Source of the DNA: the human T2T-CHM13v2.0 reference genome, Homo sapiens
Assembly: GCF_009914755.1 (NCBI RefSeq)
Contig: NC_060940.1
DNA: 64,000 nt
Direction: 5' to 3' (one strand)
This document shows positions 39,494-57,859 of this stretch, in pieces. The position numbers were made by a program, and so were the translations under genes. Each line of letters starts with the position of its first letter. Within the stretch, counting starts at the first letter, position 1. Under the pieces are notes generated by a model. That model did not search any database. It was not told the DNA's origin and was given only the letters and a program-made list of their open reading frames with translations.

Positions 39494-40394
39494 TCTTTAA
39501 AGAGCCTATATAAAGAGATACACAGAAATATAAAGCAATCTATAATAGAGAGTACAGTGAATGTCTGGAGAGAGACACAAAATGAGTACTGTGGGAAACC
39601 ACTCTGGTGGTAAGGGTAAAATTCAGCTTCATGAAAAAGGTGGTCTTAAAGGATAAGGAGGATTTTGACAGGTGGAAATGAGTGCAGTGGGATGTCATCT
39701 AAGCAAAGAAAACAGCATAAGCGAAGGCCTGAAAGTTTTATACCTCCAGGTTTTATGCCTATCTATGGCTCATGTCCTGTGATCTAAGTTTCTCAGAAGA
39801 CAGAGATGCATCCACTTTCAGGGTGAGGACCTTTAGCTTGTCACTTCTGGTCATCCCTCCAGAATGAGCCGTTTGCAATCTTTATGTTAGATCTAAAATC
39901 CACAGGAGCTTAGTGACAGACATTGATGGCTGTTGCTACTGTCTAGATCTGGTCATGGACGTGTTCCACCACCCACAGACTCACCACCACCACCACCATA
40001 TCGAATTTAAAAATGAGTCTCTTAAATACTTAACTGACTTATCTTGCCAACTCCCATTAACCAGTTTTATGCCTACTTCTCTGGAGTGACAACCAGATAA
40101 TGATTATAGGGAAATTTGTTTTTACTTTTCTTTTGCGTCTGCTGCTTTCTTTTTGTTAGAATTTTTGTGATATACATTTTTGTTTTCAATGTTTCTATGT
40201 TGTCTTGTTTTATTTGTTGTTTATTGTATTGCATAGTCTTGTCTACAGTATTTAACTGGATTTTTTTTAAAAGAAGCACTCCAAACTGAAAGGCATTGTC
40301 TTTTATTAGAGAAATTTAACCCATTTATGTTTATTGTGCCTATTGATAAGTTTGAATTTACTCCTGATATTTCAAATTCCAATTTACCATGTTT

Positions 40395-41680
<1,286 letters not shown>

Positions 41681-41984
41681 TTTAAAGTTTGTTCTTTTTC
41701 TTTCCTGCTTTTTTTTCCCCCTGTTACATTGGTTATGTTTTCCTTGATGCATTTTTTTTCTTCAGTGGTTTGGAAGAAATGCACGCTAGTTCTGTCTCTT
41801 TGGCAATTATCTTTGACATTTTAAACACATTATGAAACATACTATTCTTTCAAAGTATAGAGTTAATTAGGATTTCATCCGGAGCAAAAGAACAAGCAGC
41901 ATGTTTTCACTTCTCTACCTTAGCCATCTGCTGCTATTTCCTACGTTGAAATGATCTGGAACTTTAGTTTCAGAATGTTATTTA

Positions 41985-42152
41985 TGTACTTATTTATTTT
42001 TATTGTGGATTCAGGGGGTACATGTGCAGGTTTATTATGTGGGCATATTACATAATGCTGGAGTTTTAGCTTCTATTGAACCCATCACCCAAACAATGAA
42101 TATAGTACACAACAGGTAATTTCAACCCTTTCCCACCTTCCCTACTCCCCTC
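41985..42152 (-). mobile_element. L1PB-type 3' terminus
   Basis: gattcagggggtacatgtgcaggttt...cccatcacccaaa. Confidence 0.8.
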
Positions 42153-42178
42153 GCAGAATATTACTGAAAACAATTTTA

Positions 42179-42586
<408 letters not shown>

Positions 42587-43124
42587 CTAGCATCCAGTGT
42601 TACCAACGAGGAATATGCTACCGATCTGCTACTTCATCCCTTAGTGAGGTTTTTTTTTTTTTTTCTCTTAGGAACTTTTTAGGATACTCTGTTCTCACTG
42701 AAATTGCACCCTGTTGCAACTAGGTGTGGTTCTTTTCCATGTCAGATTGGTCTTATTTATAGAATACATGATCTGCTCTTAGCTCTTTGAAGCTATCAGT
42801 TATACTTACATTAAAATCTTTTGTTTGTTTGTCCTATTGTAGTGATTAAGCATGTGAGTTCTAGAATCACAATACTGGGCTTGAATCCCAGCCGTGATCC
42901 TTTCTGGATATTTGAGGGAAATTTCTGTAGTTACAGCAGGAACAGAGGTGGGGTGATTCCAGATTCCAGTATTCTAGGCAGAGGCGGCACTTAGCAGAAC
43001 TAGCCCTGGTGGAGGTGGCCCTCTGATAAATTCAGAGCTGATTTATCAGCAGTGTCTTCAATGGCACAATGTTAGATGGAGGCTGATGGGTTCCAGCCTA
43101 GGAGCATTAGCAGCTTCTAAAAAT

Positions 43125-43283
43125 TTATTATTTTTATTTTTTTAAACAAATTATTATTATTATTTTTATAGAAATGGGGTTGCCCCATGTTGCCCAGGCT
43201 GGTCTTGAACTCCTGGGCTTAAGCGATCCTGCCTCGGCCCCCCAAAGTGCTGGGATTATAGGCATGAGCCACAGCACCCAGCC
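43125..43283 (-). mobile_element. FLAM/Alu monomer
   Basis: TSD cattagcag. Confidence 0.88.
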
Positions 43284-43574
43284 CATTAGCAGTTTTTGAT
43301 CTACGGTTATCACGTCTTCTTTTTGCTCCTCAGACCCACCCACTTTTCCAATTGCTCTTCCATCCATCTCCAAACCTTATACCTAACTCCTTGGTTTGAA
43401 ATATCTAGAGTGGTTTCTGCTTTGCTGATACCACTGGTTTCTGAAACATGAGCATAGGACATAATTGATATTGGGGTGAATGGGAGGAACAGAATGATGC
43501 AAAATTGTCTGCTTCTGTGTATGAGAAAGACACTGGCCAATCTTAATTCTGCAAGCCCAGGAGGGCTCTTAAAT

Positions 43575-43881
<307 letters not shown>

Positions 43882-44542
43882 TGTTATTATTAGTAGTAGT
43901 AGCATAATGCATTGAACATAGCTTGTCAATGCTTGGGTGTCAGGTAATCAACACCAAGACGTCCCTTGAGACTTTTGCTTTCTAATTTGCCCTGAGGATA
44001 GGCCAAAATAAGCTAGTGACATATTGAGTTAATTGGGCATCAACCCAGGAATTCTGCTTCTTGCTGTCCTACCCTGGACTTCCCCATGAAGTTAGTGGCC
44101 CCAGGAGGAAGGTGAGAAAAGGGTGAAGCTGCATTACACTTGCAGTCAGTGTTCAAGTCACCACAAAACGGTGACCTACCTACACAGTGCCCTGAATCCT
44201 CCAGTCTTGCCCCAGATGACAGAATCCACATGGACCCTTTTACTGAAGCCCGTCAGGCTCCGCGGTTTTATAGATGATGTCAGGAGGAGTGATTAGGACC
44301 AAAGGAAAAAGGTTCCTAGGCACAGTTGCTAAAACTGTGCTCCTGAGGTCTGTAGGAGCCCCCAAGGTCTCTGTTGATTACTTTAAGCAAAGCTCTTCAG
44401 TTTCTCTGTGGGGAACTTCTCCCTAAGTGACCACAATCAGGTTAGCAGGTGGCTGAGTAAACAAGGCTGAACAATGGGTTTTCCGTCAAGTTGGTTTATA
44501 TCAGCAAGAAGCCCTAAATCTGTTTTTTTTTTTTTTTTCCAG

Positions 44543-44638
44543 TCCCTCCTGGAGATGAAGAAAGAGTTCAGTCACCCTGCTGAGGAGAGAAAAGGCCATT
44601 ATTGTCAAAAGAAGGCACCTGTCCTAGATTTAAGGGAG
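44543..44638 (+). other. Candidate 96-nt internal exon (unverified)
   Basis: T16-CCAG acceptor, GAG|GTGCGT donor, apparently unique sequence, open in phase 0. Confidence 0.35.
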
Positions 44639-44872
44639 GTGCGTTATCCTGGATGGTTTCTAGGCCTCAGTGGGATGGTCTGATGACTTCGTCTCACCCC
44701 CCAGGTACCTAGGAAGGTGATGAATGTGAAGGTGGATTCTTCATGGAGCTCCACACTCAGGATCTGGTATCTGAAGCTTCCTGCATTATGTCAGCTTATC
44801 TACTTTGTCCAGCTCCCCATTAGAGAAATCCTGCTTTCTTACCAGCATAGGTCACTGCGCTACTAAGAACAT

Positions 44873-45145
44873 TTCTTTTCCTTTTTTTTCCCCTCCAGAG
44901 ATGTGGTCTTGCCCTGTTGTCCAGGCCGGAGCACAGTGGTGCAATCCTACCTCACTGCACCCTCTAACTCCTGGACTCAAGTAATCCTCCTACCTCAACC
45001 TGCACGTAGCTGAGACTCCAGGCGTGAGCCATCGTGCCTGGCTATTTTTTGTATTTTAATTTTCTGTAGAGATGGGGTCTCGTCATATTGCCCAGATTGG
45101 TCTTGAACTCCTGGCCTCAAGTGATCCTCCCACCTCATCCTCCCA
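44873..45145 (-). mobile_element. AluJ, 5' truncated
   Basis: Antisense Alu consensus. Confidence 0.9.
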
Positions 45146-45229
45146 ACCCCGTTTCTTTTCAGTCAGACAACCAGCCTGGTCTTTATTACACTGGTTCAGA
45201 GTCAGCTGGAAAAGAATTCTCTTTTCCTG

Positions 45230-45425
45230 GGCCAGGCAATCAGTGTTCAAGTCCCAGTGGGATCTCATTCGAGTCATGTGACTTTGGGCCGGTTCTTCAC
45301 CTCTGAGAACCTCAGTTTCTCCACCTGTAAAATGGATGTGGCACTAGAGCCTGTACCACTTGCCTTGTAGGGATGTGGCAAGTCTCAAAGGTGGTGATAT
45401 AAGGGGAGCGTTGGGTAAACTGTAA
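45230..45425 (+). mobile_element. MIR
   Basis: cctcagtttctccacctgtaaaatgga. Confidence 0.75.
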
Positions 45426-45493
45426 CTCTCAGCTATCTGAATGTGCGCCTGTTCTCTCTCACGTTAGGAACCGTAGCAAGGCACTAGAAGAGG

Positions 45494-45610
45494 TTATATT
45501 TTATATATATATTATTTTTTATATTATTATATATTAATGTTATACAAAATACATTATAAATGTAAATTATATTATTATATATTAATGTAATACAAATATT
45601 ACATTTTATC
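45494..45610. repeat. AT-rich low-complexity tract
   Basis: Imperfect duplicate of tatattattatatattaatgt. Confidence 0.85.
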
Positions 45611-46797
45611 TACAAATCATTTGGCTGAGCCTTGGATGTCAATTGGGCTGTTTAATGCCCTGACGAAGATCTCTTATACATCCATATGAGAAAGGGTTTC
45701 TATACTGGAAGATACTGCCTCTCTTTTTACATGCAAGGACCTTGCTAAAGTGCAGTTTCTGATTCACTGGGTCTGATGCAGGACTGGAGATTGATTCTGC
45801 ATTTTCCTCAAACTCCCAGGTCATACCCATGCTGCAGGTATCACATTTAGTAGCAAGAATGTAGGAAACATGGTCTTTTCTGGTGGCTCTCTTGATGTTT
45901 TGCTACACTTGTATTTACTTGTCTCAACTAGACTCCACCTCCTGCAGTCTCACATGACCCATGCAACTCAACGGAAGTCATACAACAATCACTAGCAGTA
46001 AGTACCCGCAGCTGTAGAAACAAACAAACAAATGAAAAAACCCAAACAATAACATTTGCACAAGGACCCAAACTTGGCAGTGCACCTAGAAGAGTTTGTA
46101 GCGTACCATTGGTTATAAACATTGTACAACACAAACCTAAACTATTACATTTGTGAGGGGATAGGTTGCCATTTCCCTTGCTTGTTTATGAGCAAAAACT
46201 TGAGAGCTGCATTATTTTTGCCTTCCCAGATAGCACTGACCCTCAGTAAATGTTTGATGAGCTAAAAGTGCCTTTAGTGAGTGGGAAATTAAGCAAGGCC
46301 CTTGATTGTACATCTATTGCTCCAAACTTCAGAAAAACCAATCATAACTTTTACAGAACATCTCCTCCCTATGCTGCTTTATTTCTTTCCATACATAGCT
46401 GAACTCATCACCTGAGACTCAACTTCCACCCATCTTGTCCTATAAGTTCAGATTTATAAGGGCAGGGCAGGCAAAGAAGCCCTTAGACTTTGCTTGTTGG
46501 TCTCTCCTGTAACCCTGAAATAACCACGTTTACCACGTTTATTCCCAAAGCTCATATTGAGTTCAAATCCCCTGTTACTCATTTAGAGAGACAAGTGGCA
46601 TTCATCATTTTTGCCTCTCTGTGTCTTCCTCTCCCCCAGAACAATGGCATTACATGACGATTAACTCCTTTTGATATAAACAAGTCCAATGGCAGAGTGT
46701 TGGATGACTCAGAAAACCCAGGCATTGAAAGATGCAAAATATTTTATTGTGTTCTTGCATTATGAAGCATTGGGGAGTGTTAAGCATTTTTCTTTGA

Positions 46798-47057
46798 TTT
46801 TTCTCTCCCTCCCTCCCTCCCTCCCTTTCTCCTGCCCTCCTCCCCTTTCTCCTTTCCTTCATCCTTTCCTTCCTTCCTTTCCCTCCCTTTCTCCTGCCCT
46901 CCTCCCCTTTCTCCTTTCCTTCATCCTTCCCTTCCCTTGCCTCCCCTCCTCTTCCCTCCCTTCCCTTCCCCTCCTTTCCTTTCCCCTTCCCTTCCCTTCC
47001 CTTCCCTTCCCTTCCCTTCCCTTCCCTTCCCTTCTCTTCCCTCTCTTCCATCTTTTC
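46798..47057. repeat. Polypyrimidine microsatellite ending in (CCCTT)n
   Basis: Read directly. Confidence 0.96.
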
Positions 47058-47639
47058 ATCTATATCTGCCATTTTGCCTAACACCCATGTGCTGGAGAAG
47101 AAAGAAAACAAGGACTTAAAGAGGGAAAAAATTCAAAGAAAGAAAAATGAAAGGTAGACAGAGCTTATGCATTTTGAAGGTGTGAAAATTAGGATTTCAG
47201 CCTTTTTTTTTTTCTCCCCACTAAACCAGCAAGCAGGCAAATAAAGAAACCCTGCAGGGATTGACACAAGATGAGCAAAGTTTTAGAAGATTTTCCTCAG
47301 AAAAAAAACCCTCGCAGATTTACAAGCAGCATATCTGTTGTGAGGATTTCGAAGGAGATGAAAATATATTGCTAGCTATCTAGACATTTGTCAAAACAAC
47401 TGAATTCTATGAATTGGAAAGGATGAACGAAACAACCAATCCTGGGGAAAGAAATTCAAGATGGGCTCTGTTGTGTTAGAATTTTTCTACAAAGACAGGG
47501 AAGTTTTAGCTGTGTGAGATAAAGCCTTGCACCAAATGAGAAGCCAACAGACCTTGGAAAGGGGCGTTCAGTTTCACCTTGAAGGGCACTTGGCTTTGTC
47601 AATTCTGGATATGTGGTCAAACCCCCTTATCCTCATACC

Positions 47640-47852
47640 TGTCTCACTCCATCCCTAAATCAGGGACCTGTCTGATTTAGAAAAATAGTGCCTCCCTTTT
47701 GGATATGGGGAGAGGGTCAGGATACCTTAATTTACAGTTCGCCATGTCTCTTCACAGAAGGGAGAGGTAATTCTCCAAAAGGAAAAAAGGGGTGCTGTTA
47801 CCAGAAGAATGATTCGATGCTGGGCAACTAAAACCAACAAATGTCTTCTCCA
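47640..47852 (-). mobile_element. Old MaLR LTR fragment (MLT1K/L-like)
   Basis: ggtgctgttaccagaagaa...gatgctgggca. Confidence 0.55.
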
Positions 47853-47975
47853 CTTGGAGAATAAGACTTAATTTCAATATTGAATCCTGTTGATGTCACA
47901 GTTGCCTGGACCTGACTTCCCAGGCCCTGTTTGTTATGAGTGCATTTGTTTCCTTGGTGCATGGCATACCAGTAG

Positions 47976-49150
<1,175 letters not shown>

Positions 49151-49254
49151 TAACCACAAGGAGACAATCCAATAAACTCAACTGGTGATACATGCAACAA
49201 AAAAAGAGAATAATGGGTTAAAGAGTGATGGATGGAGACCACACTGAACAAGAC

Positions 49255-49520
49255 AGGGAACTCTCTGAGGATGGTGACTCCTGAGCAGAGACCAGAATGA
49301 TGGGAAGGAGCCAAGTATGAGAAGATCTTGGTGGAAGGTGTTCTGGGAAGAGGGAATAGCAAGTGCAAAGGCCCTGGGGCAGGAGTGAATGAGGAGTAGA
49401 AAGACCAGTATGGCTAGAGCATTGTGGAAGAAAAGGAGAGTGATATGATGTGAGATTAGAGAGCGAGGTGAGGGCAGATGTTGTAGGGTTTTGAGGCCAT
49501 ATGAGGAATTTAGTTTTGTT
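49255..49520 (-). mobile_element. L2 fragment
   Basis: agagggaatagcaagtgcaaaggccctggggcagga. Confidence 0.8.
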
Positions 49521-49539
49521 TTTGGTGTATATAGTAGAG

Positions 49540-49985
49540 ATTAATTTTTAAATGGATACATAATATTTTTACATATTTATGGGACACATGAGATATTTTG
49601 TTACATGTCTCACATGTGTAATGACCAAATCAGGGTATTTAGGATATCCATTATCTTGAGCATTTATCATTCCTTTGTTTTGGGAACATCTCAAATCCTC
49701 TCTTCCAGCCATTTTGAAGTATAGAACACATCGTTGTTAACTGCAGTCACCCTGCCATGCTGTTGAACTGCAGTACTGATTTTTTCCATCTAACTGTATG
49801 TCTGTCCCCATTAACCAGCCTCTCTTCATTACCCCCACCCACACACTCTTCCCAGCCTTCGGTATCTATCATTCTACCCTCTACCTCCATGAGATCAACT
49901 TTTCAGCTCCCAGATATGAGTAAGAACATGTGATATTTGTCTTTCTGTGCCTGGCTTATTTCACTTAACGTAATGACCTCCATTT
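49540..49985 (-). mobile_element. L1MA-type 3' end
   Basis: catatttatggg...gtgcctggcttatttcacttaacgtaatgacctcca. Confidence 0.9.
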
Positions 49986-50099
49986 TCACAGTAGGAGTTA
50001 AATTTTAACATACCATACTCTGAGTATGTATCTGTGCTGAATAACTATATTTACCCATTTATATCTACAGCTATATCTAGAAACTACCTCACTAACACT

Positions 50100-51312
<1,213 letters not shown>

Positions 51313-51604
51313 AAGTCCCAATCTAACCAAATCAAATTTCCTGAGAGGTCCCTGTCCTGCCAAGGAACAAGGAAAACAGCTAAACTTGCCAATTAGAGAT
51401 GTCTCGGTCTCTTAAAGTTTTGAGTGGTCCCATTTTACCCTCCCATAAAACAATCTTTTTTTCAGGTAAATATTCAGCTGGTTTAAACATTCAACTCTCT
51501 TTTGGGGCTATTCCTTCCTTTTCTGTCTTGCTTCTACAGATGGTGCCTAGGTTCAAGGGACAGCTTGGGAGGAAGTCTGTGGTTCACACTTTCTCCTTGG
51601 CATC

Positions 51605-51920
51605 TTTATTTTTATTTTATTTTATTTATTGATTGATTGAGACAAGGTCTCGCTGTGCTGCCCAGGCTGGAGTGCAGTGGCAAAACCTCGGCTCATGGCA
51701 ACATCCACCTCCCAGGTTCAAGCAATTCTCGTGCCTCAGGCTCCTGAGTAGCTGGGACTACAGGTGTGCACCATCATGCCTGGCTAATTTTAGTATTTTT
51801 AGTAGAGATAGGGTTTCGCTATGTTGGCCAGGCTAGTCTCGAACTCCTGACCTCAAGTGATCTACCTGCCTTGACCTCCCAGAGTGCTGGGATTACAGGC
51901 ATGAACCACCATGCCCAGCC
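51605..51920 (-). mobile_element. Alu (AluS)
   Basis: TSD ctccttggcatcttta. Confidence 0.94.
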
Positions 51921-52819
51921 CCCTCCTTGGCATCTTTAAAAGTAAATCCTGGGCAGTGTAGCACTTTTGTCTTGTTTCTGGGTATCTAGCAGGCTTGCCC
52001 ATGGAGCAGTGGTAGAGGGAGCCTCCAGAAGGTGATGTCTGTGGCCTCTGCTTAACTCAGCAGGCCCCGCTGCCATTCCTCCTCAGCTCTGGGTGCCTGT
52101 CTGTTGGTGCAGGGCCCCCCAGTGATTTCCCCAGCTGAGTCTCTGCCTAAATGCCTCCCTCAGACCTTTCCAAAGTCACATGGCTCCAGCACTATGCCAA
52201 GCATGGAGAATTTTCCCGGGGAATCAGAATTTTCTTGGAATATGCACCTGGGATGTGAGGAGCGAAGTCTTGCAATGGTCATTCTCCAACATTATCCAGT
52301 TATTTCTACCTTCCCTGGCTTCCTACCCCAAAGAAAGAAGAGCCAGGAAATTTCACTAGATTTGGCAAGATGATTGATGACTTTGATTTTAAAAATAATA
52401 AGTTATGTGCTGGTGGTTATCTAGGTCTACACATCTGTGCATACATAATAAGTGTATGCTTCAAATGGGTGCATTTTATTCTGTATAAATTTTATCCCAG
52501 CAAAGTTGATTTAAAGAAAGAGCAGGTTCAATTTATATACATTGTGCTGGGAAGATATTTATGATACAGTGTTAAAATATATTTTTGCATGAAAGAAGCC
52601 AGTTGCAGAGCAATGAGTAGTAAGATAATACTTTTGTAGTTAAAACGTGAAAAAAGAGGAAAAGCTCCTATATATATTCTGTGTTTCTCACGTAAACACA
52701 AAGAGATTGTAGAAAACAACACAAACTGCTTATCTAGAAGAGGACTGGCTGGAGAATAATGGTGGGCAGGGGAAGGGTTAAGTTTGTCTCTGTATCTTCC
52801 TGTATTGTTTAACTGGTCC

Positions 52820-53054
52820 TTTTTTGTCGTGAGACAGTCTTGCTCTGTTACCCAGGCTGCAGTGCACCACCACCACCATGCCACCATGCCACCATGCCAC
52901 CACGCCACCACGCCCAGCTAATTTTTGTATTTTTAGTAGAGACAGGGTTTTGTCATGTTGTCCAGGCTGATCTTGAGCTCCTGATCTCAAGTGATCTGCG
53001 TGCCTTGGCCTCCCAAAGTGCTGGGATTACAGGTGTGAGCCACTGCGCCCAGCC
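52820..53054 (-). mobile_element. Alu with right-arm deletion and (CCACCAYG)n expansion
   Basis: Read directly at 52864-52912. Confidence 0.9.
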
Positions 53055-53582
53055 TTAATGTGCATATAGTACAAAGCTCATTTTTTGATTAAAAACACAA
53101 TAAATATAAAATAATAATAAAAGTCAATTAACTTTTATTATTTGAATTTTTAGCAGACACATTGCACCTTGTACTTTTTAAAAATAGCATCTACTCAACT
53201 TTATTTTTTATGTGTTTTTTTTAATACAAAACTCCGGACCTTATTTTTCTAGTTTTTCCACGAATGCTCCTTTTCTGTTCTGGGACCCTGTGCAAGAGAT
53301 TCTGTTGCATTTAGTCTCAGGCCTCCTTAGCCTCCTCTGGTCTGTGACAGCTTTTCAGTCTTTCCTTGTTTTTCATGAACTTGACCATTCTGAGGAGGAC
53401 TGGTCAGGTATTTTGTTGAATGTTGCTCAGTTTGGGTTGTATAAAGTTTTTCCTAGTGATTTAGACTGGAATAATGGATTTTTAGGAGGAATTGCACAGA
53501 GGTACATGCTATCAACATGGCCTATCACTGATGCTGACCTTGATTGTGGAATTAAAGCAGTGTCTGCCAGGCCTCTCCACTG

Positions 53583-53873
53583 TCCCTTTCCTTCCTTCCT
53601 TCCTTCCTTCCTTCCTTCCTTCCTTCCTTCTTTCCTTCTTTCCTTCTTTCTTTCCTTCCTTTCTTCCCTCCCTCCCTCCTTCCCACTTTCTTTCCTTTCT
53701 TTTTCTTTCTTTCTCTTTCTTTCTCTTTTCTTTCTTTCTTTCTTTCTTCCTTTCTTTCCTTCTTCCTTCCTTCCTTTCTCTTTCTTTCTTTTCTTCTTTC
53801 CTTCTCTCTCTCCCTCTTTCTTTCTTTCTTTCTCTTTCTTTCCTTCTTCCTTCCTTACTTTCTTTCTTTCTTT

Positions 53874-53905
<32 letters not shown>

Positions 53906-54066
53906 TTTCTTTCTTTCCTCTTTCTTTCTTTCCTTTTCTTCCTTTTTCTGTCTTCTTTCCTTCTCTCTCTCCCTCTGTCTCTCCCTCTCTCTTTCTTTCT
54001 TTCTTCCTTTCTGTCTCTCTTTCTCTCTCTCTCTCTCCTTCTCTCTTTCTTTTCCTTTTCTTTTCT

Positions 54067-54068
<2 letters not shown>
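53583..54068. repeat. ~485-bp polypyrimidine microsatellite (CCTT/CTTT/CT)
   Basis: Read directly; occupies the tail position of the next Alu. Confidence 0.97.
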
Positions 54069-54526
<458 letters not shown>

Positions 54527-54529
54527 TAA

Positions 54530-55070
<541 letters not shown>

Positions 55071-55458
55071 CGTCCCCTTGTTTTTTTAAAGCACGTCTTT
55101 ACTTTTCGTCACTACAAGATGCTGCAGGCTCATCTTGTATTTTCTCTGTCCCAGACCACAAACAGCCATTTCTCCAAGGAGCCATGGTTCCTGGAGAATA
55201 ATAGTGAGAAATGAAGACTGGGATGTGGTGACAAACTTTAATTTTATTGCTCTGTAAGCTTTCCCAAGCTCCCCATTGGGCTATAAACCTCATTCTGCGT
55301 GGTGGTTTTGCTGTCTCTCTCACCATGTTGCCTCTTGTACATACAATATCTAGTATTTATTGAATGAATGAAGTTCATTGAAACAAGTTTTAGCTTTTTT
55401 CTTGATTCTTTTAATATTACACTAATTTTACTTTTGTGTAACGCCGTAATCTAGCTAG

Positions 55459-55804
<346 letters not shown>

Positions 55805-56006
55805 AGAGTCATGCCTTATTTTATCTCCCTGTCATTATGAAATGACTGATATCTCAGAAAATGAAGACATGAATGCATTTGTAATGTATTCATGGAGTAT
55901 GTCCTACCCTGCATGCATTTCAACAGTAGTCACCCATAATCAATGAATATTTGTAATTCTTGGTTATTTGATTTTATTCCTGGCCAGAAATTTAAAAAGG
56001 AAAGTG

Positions 56007-57270
56007 TGTAGTAGGAAAAAAAAAAAAAAGCAAATTGACTGTTTTTTCCTACTACACTTACTCAACTCCATGCACTTCTGTGACCATATGGGTGGGGTTT
56101 TCCTTACATGTCAGTACTCCCATGGGTACCAACTGGGTATCCTCTAATTCAGTTCAATTCTGACATTATATACTTGGAGTCAGATCCCACAAGATAAGGA
56201 CTCAGTCCCACAAGTCTGCTTCCACCTCAGATGCCAATAGCAAGTCTGGGCCTCTGGAACTGACCAACTGGCTATAAATTAGGGGTTCCCACCACCCTCT
56301 CCCTAATGATTTGCTAGAGTGGCTCACAGAACTCAGGAAATCACCATACTTAATGTTTACCCATTTATTATAAGGGATATTACAAAGGATACAGATGAAC
56401 AGCCAGATGAAAAAGATGAGGCACAGGGCAAGGTATGGGGAGAGGGGCTGTGGAGATTCCATGTCTTCTGATATAGTGTGGTTGTGTCCCCACCCAAATC
56501 TCATCATGAATTGTAGCTCCCGTAATCCCCACGTGTTGTGGGAAGGACCTGGTGGGAGGTAATTGAACCATGGGGGCAGGTTTTTCCCATGCTGTTTTTG
56601 TGATAGGGAATAAGTCTCATGAGATCTGATGGTTTTATAAAAGAGAGTTCCCCCGCACCTGCTTTCTTGCCTGCCACCATGTAAGAATGTGCCTTTGCTC
56701 TTCCTTTGCCTTCCGCCATGAGTGTGATGCCTCCCCAGCCATGTGGAATTGTGAATCAACTAAGCCTCTTTCCTTTATAAATTACCCAGTTTTGGGTATG
56801 TCTTTATTAGCAGTGTAAAAATGAACTAATACATCCTGTATGGGTAAGACACCCTCCATGTGTTCAGAAACCTAGAAGCTCCTCAAACCCCTTGATTTTT
56901 ATGGAGGCTTTATCACATAGGTATGATTGATTATTAAGTCAATTTCCAGCCTCTCTCCCCTTCTCAGAGGATGGGAATGGGGATGGAAGTTCCAAGCTTC
57001 TATTCTTGGCTTGGTCTTTCTGGTGACCAGCCCCCACCCAGAAGCCCCATTGAGAGTTCCCATATTAGAACAAGAGATGCTCCCATCACTCAGAAAATTG
57101 CAAGGGATTAGGAACTCTGTGGCAGGAACCAGGGTTAAAGACCAAATATTGGAACAAAAGATGCTCCTAACATCTCTATTGCCCAGGAAATTGCAAGGGA
57201 TTTAGGCACTATCTGCCAGGAACTGGAGATAAAGATATATATATTTCTTATTATAAATCATAATGTCACA
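56007..57270 (-). mobile_element. MER21-like LTR, split by THE1
   Basis: ggctcacagaactcaggaaa...atatttcttattataaatcataatgtcaca. Confidence 0.85.
56469..56833 (+). mobile_element. THE1 solo LTR (THE1C/D-like)
   Basis: tgatatagtgtggttgtgtccccacc...actaataca. Confidence 0.92.
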
Positions 57271-57859
57271 TAAAGATACATTGTTGCTCTGTTCTTTTCT
57301 AATTCTTTTCCTTCCATCTATTTCCATATGTCAAAATTGGACCAGTGTCCCAAGGCCTAACTAACTCCAAAGCCAAGTCTTTCCAGTTGCCTTTATATCT
57401 CTCTGTCTAAAATGAGATCTCCCTTATCTCTGAATCCCATGAGTTTGTATTTACACTGTGATATTTACCTTTTTAAAATTGTACTCATTTATATATGTCA
57501 TAATCCTTCTCTAACACTGTAAATTAATTTCTGGCAGGGCTCATATCAGATTCAACTTCTTGCCTACAAATAGCAACAAGAAATCAATTGTTTAAAGAGA
57601 ATTTGAAATTTAAAAAATTATATTATGGCTCTGTAATAGCTAATTTCAGAATGGAGGAAAAAGAACAACTAAATCAGTTGATCAGAAGGAGGGGAAACTA
57701 TACAAATTATGTTCTGGCTATAAAATTACAAGTGATTGTTATGTAGAGGATAGATAGGGAAGCTAGTACTACAGTGAAGTTCCCCCTTTCATTCTCAACC
57801 CCTTAAATTTGGTCCAAAGAAACTCAACCAACCAACCAACCAACTAAAAAAAAGTCGAT

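Noticed and set aside
56202-56759. 185-aa ORF on minus
   Set aside because: Antisense read-through of THE1 and MER21 LTRs
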